From Candidatus Minusculum obligatum (GTDB lineage Bacteria > Patescibacteriota > Minisyncoccia > Phycocordibacterales > Phycocordibacteraceae), in the NCBI GenBank assembly GCA_045401155.1, contig CP174360.1, positions 11,072-75,071 on the forward strand: DNA of 64,000 bases. Direction: 5' to 3'. This document shows, piece by piece, positions 58,861-64,000 of this stretch. The position numbers were made by a program, and so were the translations under genes. A model generated the notes under the pieces. The model was not told the DNA's origin, did not search any database, and saw nothing but the letters and a program-made list of their open reading frames with translations. Every line of letters starts with the position of its first letter. The first letter of the stretch is position 1.

Positions 58861-59331
58861 TCAGTCGAAGGACATATCACGGAGGGCGCTCTTTCCCCAA
58901 AGATAACACCCGAAGCAGATGATCATGATGAAGATGACAGCACTTGCGTGCGCGCTCCATCCGAATATCTGAGCAGGAAAGCCGCCCAACACCTCAGAAA
59001 GACCCACGTACGTAAACGGACCAACGAAGGGACGCGGATACACTAGCCCCAGAAGCTCGAAAGCTCCGAGGAAGAAAAGTGCCCCCGCGCTGACCGTAAA
59101 CAAGAGGGTCAGGCAGCTGAGCAGATGAACATCATGGAGAGCCAGGCGCATCAAGACGAACCCTGCGATGCAGGCGGCTACCACCAAGATAGTATTTGTC
59201 GCCCCGGGCATGAAGACCATACCCATCTCACCCGTTAAGGTTGCGACCATTTGATGGGACGCAAAGGTGAGAAGCCCTAGCCCGAATGCAATCGGGATGA
59301 CTCGTGAACAAACAAACTTAAAAAAGCTCAT
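58861..59331 (-). CDS. Orphan four-TM protein (cassette) between pilB2 and pilC
   Basis: TTGACC-17-CATCTT, GGAGG SD, hairpin 58824-58850; visibly GC-richer than flanks. Confidence 0.75.
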   Translation of the reverse strand: MSFFKFVCSRVIPIAFGLGLLTFASHQMVATLTGEMGMVFMPGATNTILVVAACIAGFVLMRLALHDVHLLSCLTLLFTVSAGALFFLGAFELLGLVYPRPFVGPFTYVGLSEVLGGFPAQIFGWSAHASAVIFIMIICFGCYLWGKSALRDMSFD

Positions 59332-59398
59332 TGCTTTATCCTCCATCAAAAGCAAAACCTATATTCAAAGATGCTCTTTTTATACAAAAAGGTCAATA

Positions 59399-61147
59399 CT
59401 ACTCTGAAATCACGCGAAGCACCTCCTCAAGTGAAGTAACTCCTGTCGCAGCTTTATACAAACCATCTTCAAGCATCGTAAGCATTCCCTCTTTACGAGC
59501 TTGTGCTTCAAGTCCATCGGTATTTGCATTTTGCATCATCATCTCACGCATGCTCTCACTCATAGAAAGCACTTCATGGATTCCAATTCGCCCTGAGTAT
59601 CCATTCTCACACTCGGCACTCTTAACAGGATGGTAAAACGTAAGATCATCAAGAGAACTCTTTGGCTTCACGATCTTCTCTTCTGTAAGCGCTGCAAAGG
59701 CTGCATCAAAGTGATCCGCTCGAGCAATTTCATCCCGTGCTGCTTTATTTAATTTGTACTCTTCTTTCTTATCACAAAGCTGTCGCACCAATCGCTGCCC
59801 CACAATCACGCGAAGTGTAGAAGATAGGAGGAATCGCTCTGCACCCATATCAAGAAGTCGTGGAATCGCTCCTGCAGCTGAATTGGTGTGAAGTGTCGCA
59901 AGCACCAAGTGCCCGGTAAGCGCAGCGTTAATCGCAAGCGCCGCAGTCTCTCCGTCTCGAATCTCTCCCACCATGATGATGTCGGGGTCCTGTCGCACCA
60001 AAGAGCGAAGTCCTGATTCAAACGTAAGACCGATTTGCGGATTTACTTGCGTCTGATTAATACGTGGCATCTGATACTCAATCGGATCCTCAATCGTAGA
60101 GATGTTTACATCAGGTGTATTTAAAATATCCAAAATTGTATAGAGCGTTGTGGTCTTACCTGACCCTGTGGGTCCTGTCACAAGAATAAGACCCGTCTTT
60201 TGTTGAGTTGCTTGATGAATGCGCTCTAGGTTCTCTCCATGGAATCCAAGTGTCTCAAGGGTGTACCCTCCTCCACCTTCTCGAAGAAGACGCATTACTA
60301 CCTTTTCTCCATAGTAGGTAGGAAGTGTCGACACACGGAAGGAAACTTTCTCTCCTTCAGAATCCATCTTGAATCGCCCATCCTGCGGAAGACGCTTCTC
60401 ATCAAGCTTTAGACTTGAGAGCACCTTAATACGTGCCGCGATAGAAGGACCCGCCTCCTTTGGGAGCGTCATGGCATCGTGTAAGATTCCGTCCACGCGA
60501 TAGCGCACCATCACCTCATGCTCAGATGGCTCGATATGAATATCTGATGCCTTTTGAATAATTGCGTGCTTAAGGAGTGTGTCTACAATACGCACCACCG
60601 GAAGATCCTCTGCAATCTTCTTAAGCTCCTCTTCACTCTTCTCTTCCCCGTCCTCCTTAATCACCTTAAGAGACTTACTCTCTTTTGAAATAATATCTCC
60701 AAACTCCTCTTTAAGAGACTTCTGGTATTGCAGCAATGCATTTTTAATAGACTCATCATCAGTAAGACGAATCCGCACCTTCATGCCGATCTTCTTACGC
60801 ACATTATCAATCGCCACAAGATCATCTGTGTCGAGCATCGCAACCTCTACCTCCTCCCCCTTCTTGTCATAGGCGACAATGTTGTTATTGCGCGCAATAG
60901 GTTCTGGAATGAGCGCCAAAATATCTGGATCAATCTTTTTTTCTTTTAGATTCACAAATGGAATTCCAAGCACATATGCGCTAATACGTCGAAGATCATT
61001 CTCTTCGATCTTTCCAGAAGAAACCAGCATGTCTCCGAGTGAACGACCAGTCTTTTTAGACTCGTCCGCTGCCTCGTCTACATCCTTTCGAGAAACAAGA
61101 CCTGAGTCCACGATAAATTCGTGGAGCTGATGCTCATTTATTTTCAT
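59399..61147 (-). CDS. pilB: Second GspE/PilB-family assembly ATPase
   Basis: ASDIHIEP, GPTGSGKTTT, RQDPDIIMVGEIRD, GYSGRIG. Confidence 0.92.
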   Translation of the reverse strand: MKINEHQLHEFIVDSGLVSRKDVDEAADESKKTGRSLGDMLVSSGKIEENDLRRISAYVLGIPFVNLKEKKIDPDILALIPEPIARNNNIVAYDKKGEEVEVAMLDTDDLVAIDNVRKKIGMKVRIRLTDDESIKNALLQYQKSLKEEFGDIISKESKSLKVIKEDGEEKSEEELKKIAEDLPVVRIVDTLLKHAIIQKASDIHIEPSEHEVMVRYRVDGILHDAMTLPKEAGPSIAARIKVLSSLKLDEKRLPQDGRFKMDSEGEKVSFRVSTLPTYYGEKVVMRLLREGGGGYTLETLGFHGENLERIHQATQQKTGLILVTGPTGSGKTTTLYTILDILNTPDVNISTIEDPIEYQMPRINQTQVNPQIGLTFESGLRSLVRQDPDIIMVGEIRDGETAALAINAALTGHLVLATLHTNSAAGAIPRLLDMGAERFLLSSTLRVIVGQRLVRQLCDKKEEYKLNKAARDEIARADHFDAAFAALTEEKIVKPKSSLDDLTFYHPVKSAECENGYSGRIGIHEVLSMSESMREMMMQNANTDGLEAQARKEGMLTMLEDGLYKAATGVTSLEEVLRVISE

Positions 61148-61305
61148 ATGTAAAAGATAGCACGTACGTACACATATATATGTAGGAATTTCCCCCACAA
61201 TTTGAAAAGCCGCACATAAAGATAAGTGCGAACAATCGTACAAATAAATATATGCGGCTTTCAGGTCTGGCCGCGGATCCTCTTTACATTGGATAATGAC
61301 GTCTA

Positions 61306-61725
61306 CTAGACGATGAAAGTTCCGTTTGTGAACGTTCCATCTGCATTCGGCTTCTCCCTCCACCGACGATACTTGAACACACGCTTCATAACGTTTCTAA
61401 TTTCCCGACGAACATGCCAGTTGGAATGGCGTAGCATTTGCTGCCACTTGATCTCAAGACGCCTCTTAAAGAGCGTCATGGACCGTCCAGGAAATCGCGT
61501 GAATCCATACACTGCGAACATGATTATGTTTGCCCGCAGGATGATACCGACGAAGTCGGGATGACCGTAGAAGATGGAAAGTCCGACAAGGACCGGTGAC
61601 AGAAGTAGTATTGGCAGGATACAAAACATTTCCCACCGCTTCGTGTACCGACCCATACGGGCCTTCTCTTCTCGTAGATGCCGTTCCTCTCTTGCATTTA
61701 GACGCGGCCACTGTGTAATGTGCAT
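61306..61725 (-). CDS. Orphan Arg-rich two-TM protein (cassette)
   Basis: AAGAGGT SD before ATG 61725; inverted repeat aagccgca/tgcggctt at 61207-61260. Confidence 0.7.
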   Translation of the reverse strand: MHITQWPRLNAREERHLREEKARMGRYTKRWEMFCILPILLLSPVLVGLSIFYGHPDFVGIILRANIIMFAVYGFTRFPGRSMTLFKRRLEIKWQQMLRHSNWHVRREIRNVMKRVFKYRRWREKPNADGTFTNGTFIV

Positions 61726-61820
61726 TTCAAAAACCTCTTTGTTTTTGCTTCCAGACCGCAAAGATTTAACCACAAAACTAAAATGTTGACAATACTCCTA
61801 CTATTCTATATATTCTTCTA

Positions 61821-62006
61821 GCGCGCAGTTAGCGACCATTCGGAAGACGCCCCCGAACTGTCGCAACCCCGCGCTTCCTGAGGAACTTGCGCCCCGCCCT
61901 CACAATCGGGGATGGCAAAAACCTACAGGAAAGGTCAGGTGTGGCCCCGACCCACCGCATCTGACCCGGGCCCGGCATCCACCCAAATTTTGCCGGGCCC
62001 TTTTTT
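61821..62006 (+). ncRNA. Candidate structured ncRNA (unknown family)
   Basis: TTGACA-17-TATTCT from 61786; three GC-rich hairpins plus gggcccggca/tgccgggccc-U6 terminator. Confidence 0.65.
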
Positions 62007-62007
62007 A

Positions 62008-62100
62008 TTGACTTTCCATAAAAAATTAGTACTATATATGTATCAGTAACGTCCGCATTCGCGGGCGATTATTTTTACAAAATTGAATACACAATTGCAT
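62008..62100 (+). promoter_or_regulatory. nusA promoter and leader hairpin
   Basis: TTGACT-16-TACTAT; gtccgc-attc-gcgggc hairpin then U-rich tract. Confidence 0.6.
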
Positions 62101-63423
62101 ATGTTTGACTTAAAAGTAATCCATTCAGTCCTTGATCAGTTCGAGGAAGAGCGAAATATCCCCCGAGAAAAGATGATCGAGGCTATTGAAGCAGCGCTTG
62201 CAACCGCATATAAGAAGGAGTACGGAAAGAAAAATCAGATTATCCGCGCAGCGCTTGATATGAATACTGGAACACCTACCTTTGAGCAGGTGAAAATCGT
62301 TGTTGATGATTCTCTTGTTTACTTTGACGAGGAAGAGGAGCGAAAAGAGGATGATGAGCGAACACTCTTTGACTCAGAGAAGCATATGCTTCTAGAGGAT
62401 GCACAGCGCATCAAGAAAGATGCAGCGCTTGAGGATGAGATCACCTTCCCACTTGAAGCTGAGGCTGATTTTGGACGAATTGCCGCACAAACTGCTAAGC
62501 AGGTGATCATCCAGAAGATTCGTGAAGCAGAAAAGGGATCTATCCTTGAGGAGTTTGCTGGACGTGAAGGAGAGATTGTTTCAGGAACCGTACAGCGTGT
62601 GGAACGTGGAATGATTTACGTTGATCTTGGACGAACTACTGCAATTATCCCATTTGAGGAGCAAATTCGTGGAGAGCGATATCGAACTGGAGAGCGAATC
62701 CGCGCATACCTGTATTCAGTTGATGAAGGAGCACGTGGTGTATTCCTTCGCCTATCTCGAAGCCATCCACAGTTTGTGGTTGAGCTATTTAAGCTTGAAG
62801 CTCCAGAGCTTGCTAATGGAACTGTAGAAATCAAAGCAATTGCTCGAGAGCCAGGAAGCCGCACAAAGCTTGCAGTTATCTCAGAGGACAGCCACATTGA
62901 CCCTGTTGGATCTCTTGTAGGACAGCGCGGTGTACGTGTATCAACCGTAACAAGCGAGCTTGGTGGAGAGCGAATCGACATCATCGAGTGGAGTGAGGAT
63001 GAGGAGATGTTTGTAAAAGACGCTCTTTCTCCTGCTGAAGTTGTGTCAGTTGAACTTGATGAAGCTGAGCACAAGGCGACCGTAACCGTAAATGAAGATC
63101 AGCAATCTCTTGCGATCGGACGCGGAGGACAAAACGTGCGTCTTGCAGCAAAGCTAACTGGATGGAGCATCGACATTGCATCAATCGGTGGAGAATCTGT
63201 TGCCGAAACTGATGGAACAGAGGTTGAAATCGCAGAAACAGAGGAAAAAACAGAAGATACACCAGTTGAAGTGGATGATTCTGTGCAGTCAGCTGCAGAA
63301 AGCACTGCAGAAGAAGGGACCGTAACAGAAGAGACTCCTGAAGAGACAGTGCTTCCTATGGAAGAAGAAGTGGCTGCGGCAGATGATGGGGCTGTTGAAG
63401 AAGAGAAAAAAGAGAACGCTTAG
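62101..63423 (+). CDS. nusA: Transcription termination factor NusA
   Basis: FGRIAAQTAKQ, AREPGSRTK, AIGRGGQNVRLAAKLTGW; acidic tail. Confidence 0.97.
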   Translation: MFDLKVIHSVLDQFEEERNIPREKMIEAIEAALATAYKKEYGKKNQIIRAALDMNTGTPTFEQVKIVVDDSLVYFDEEEERKEDDERTLFDSEKHMLLEDAQRIKKDAALEDEITFPLEAEADFGRIAAQTAKQVIIQKIREAEKGSILEEFAGREGEIVSGTVQRVERGMIYVDLGRTTAIIPFEEQIRGERYRTGERIRAYLYSVDEGARGVFLRLSRSHPQFVVELFKLEAPELANGTVEIKAIAREPGSRTKLAVISEDSHIDPVGSLVGQRGVRVSTVTSELGGERIDIIEWSEDEEMFVKDALSPAEVVSVELDEAEHKATVTVNEDQQSLAIGRGGQNVRLAAKLTGWSIDIASIGGESVAETDGTEVEIAETEEKTEDTPVEVDDSVQSAAESTAEEGTVTEETPEETVLPMEEEVAAADDGAVEEEKKENA

Positions 63424-63441
63424 TGGTATACCTACATATAT

Positions 63442-63960
63442 ATGAATCTACTTCACGACATTGAACCAGGCACAAAGGATGAAATGAATGTGATCATCGA
63501 AATCCCTAAAGGTTCTAAAAATAAGTACGAAATTGATAAGGACACCGGAATGATTGCACTTGATCGTGTAATGCATACCGCACAAGACTACCCATTTGAT
63601 TATGGATTTGTCCCACGAACCCTTTGGGATGATGGAGATGCGCTCGACGTACTACTCCTTACTACCTACCCACTTGCACCAGGAATCCTTGTGCGAGCTC
63701 GACCTGTAGCAGTGCTAAAGATGGTAGACGGAGGCGAGAGTGATGACAAAGTTATTGCCGTACCAACGGAAGATCCACGATTTAACGATATCAAGGACCT
63801 TTCTGACGTAAACGCCCACACTCTAAAAGAAATTGAGCACTTCTTCGCAACATACAAGAAGATTCAAAACAAAGAGGTAGAAACAAATGGGTTTGAAGAT
63901 GCAAATGCTGCAAAAGAAGGATTCGATCGCGCAGTAGCAATGTATTCTGAGAAAAACTAA
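63442..63960 (+). CDS. ppa: Inorganic pyrophosphatase
   Basis: EIPKGS..KYE, YGFVPRT..DGDALD, DDKVIAV. Confidence 0.96.
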   Translation: MNLLHDIEPGTKDEMNVIIEIPKGSKNKYEIDKDTGMIALDRVMHTAQDYPFDYGFVPRTLWDDGDALDVLLLTTYPLAPGILVRARPVAVLKMVDGGESDDKVIAVPTEDPRFNDIKDLSDVNAHTLKEIEHFFATYKKIQNKEVETNGFEDANAAKEGFDRAVAMYSEKN

Positions 63961-64000
63961 ATAAAAATCCACAACCGTGGAAGGTACCAGCCGGAGCATG

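Noticed and set aside
61148-61363. N-terminal extension of pilB2 in the ORF track
   Set aside because: Overlaps the orphan gene and its inverted repeat; a -10 box sits 6 nt before ATG 61147
11291-61773. Orphan cassettes as integron cassettes or IS elements
   Set aside because: No attC RYYYAAC/GTTRRRY boundaries, shared terminal repeats, target duplications, integrase or transposase seen; hairpins differ in sequence and look like terminators
61821-62006. SRP RNA, RNase P RNA or tRNA identity for the structured region
   Set aside because: No SRP domain IV GNRA/AGCAG motif, no RNase P GGAAAGUC, no T-loop cloverleaf
758-63857. Many antisense or overlapping ORFs in the track (e.g. 30150-30815, 37704-38591, 43749-44351)
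   Set aside because: Shadow frames of well-supported genes on the opposite strand, with no own signals
1-64000. CRISPR array or prophage
   Set aside because: No regularly spaced direct repeats, cas genes or phage structural genes recognised
1-64000. Alternative genetic code (TGA=Gly as in Gracilibacteria/Absconditabacteria)
   Set aside because: Conserved genes are full length in code 11 and TGA ends adk, pilN and tpiA

Overview
Core-genome window from a Patescibacteria (CPR, Parcubacteria-like) bacterium using genetic code 11. It carries two type IV pilus/competence loci (pilT/RR/pilB/pilPONM + comF; pilB2/pilC/minor pilins; split comEC), recG, ftsH, smpB plus tmRNA, infC-rpmI-rplT, the str-S10-spc ribosomal cluster (no rpmD; ends at secY-adk-map), a cohesin/dockerin surface module, recJ, pgk, tpiA, nusA, ppa, tRNA-Ser(GCT), a rare tRNA-Ile(TAT) and a compact 6S-like RNA. 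The main pattern is two gene architectures interleaved. The housekeeping starts I read lack Shine-Dalgarno motifs and many look leaderless (-10 box 6-9 nt before the start codon). About 16 small self-contained cassettes (mostly -35/-10 promoter, SD, unrelated orphan ORF, hairpin terminator) sit between them, five inside the ribosomal cluster. One orphan ends in a near-exact FtsZ C-terminal peptide (EDNLEIPGFLRRQ). An unannotated ~185-nt four-hairpin RNA with its own promoter lies upstream of nusA. All calls come from reading the sequence and recalling family motifs; no searches were run, and several start codons were re-picked by eye.
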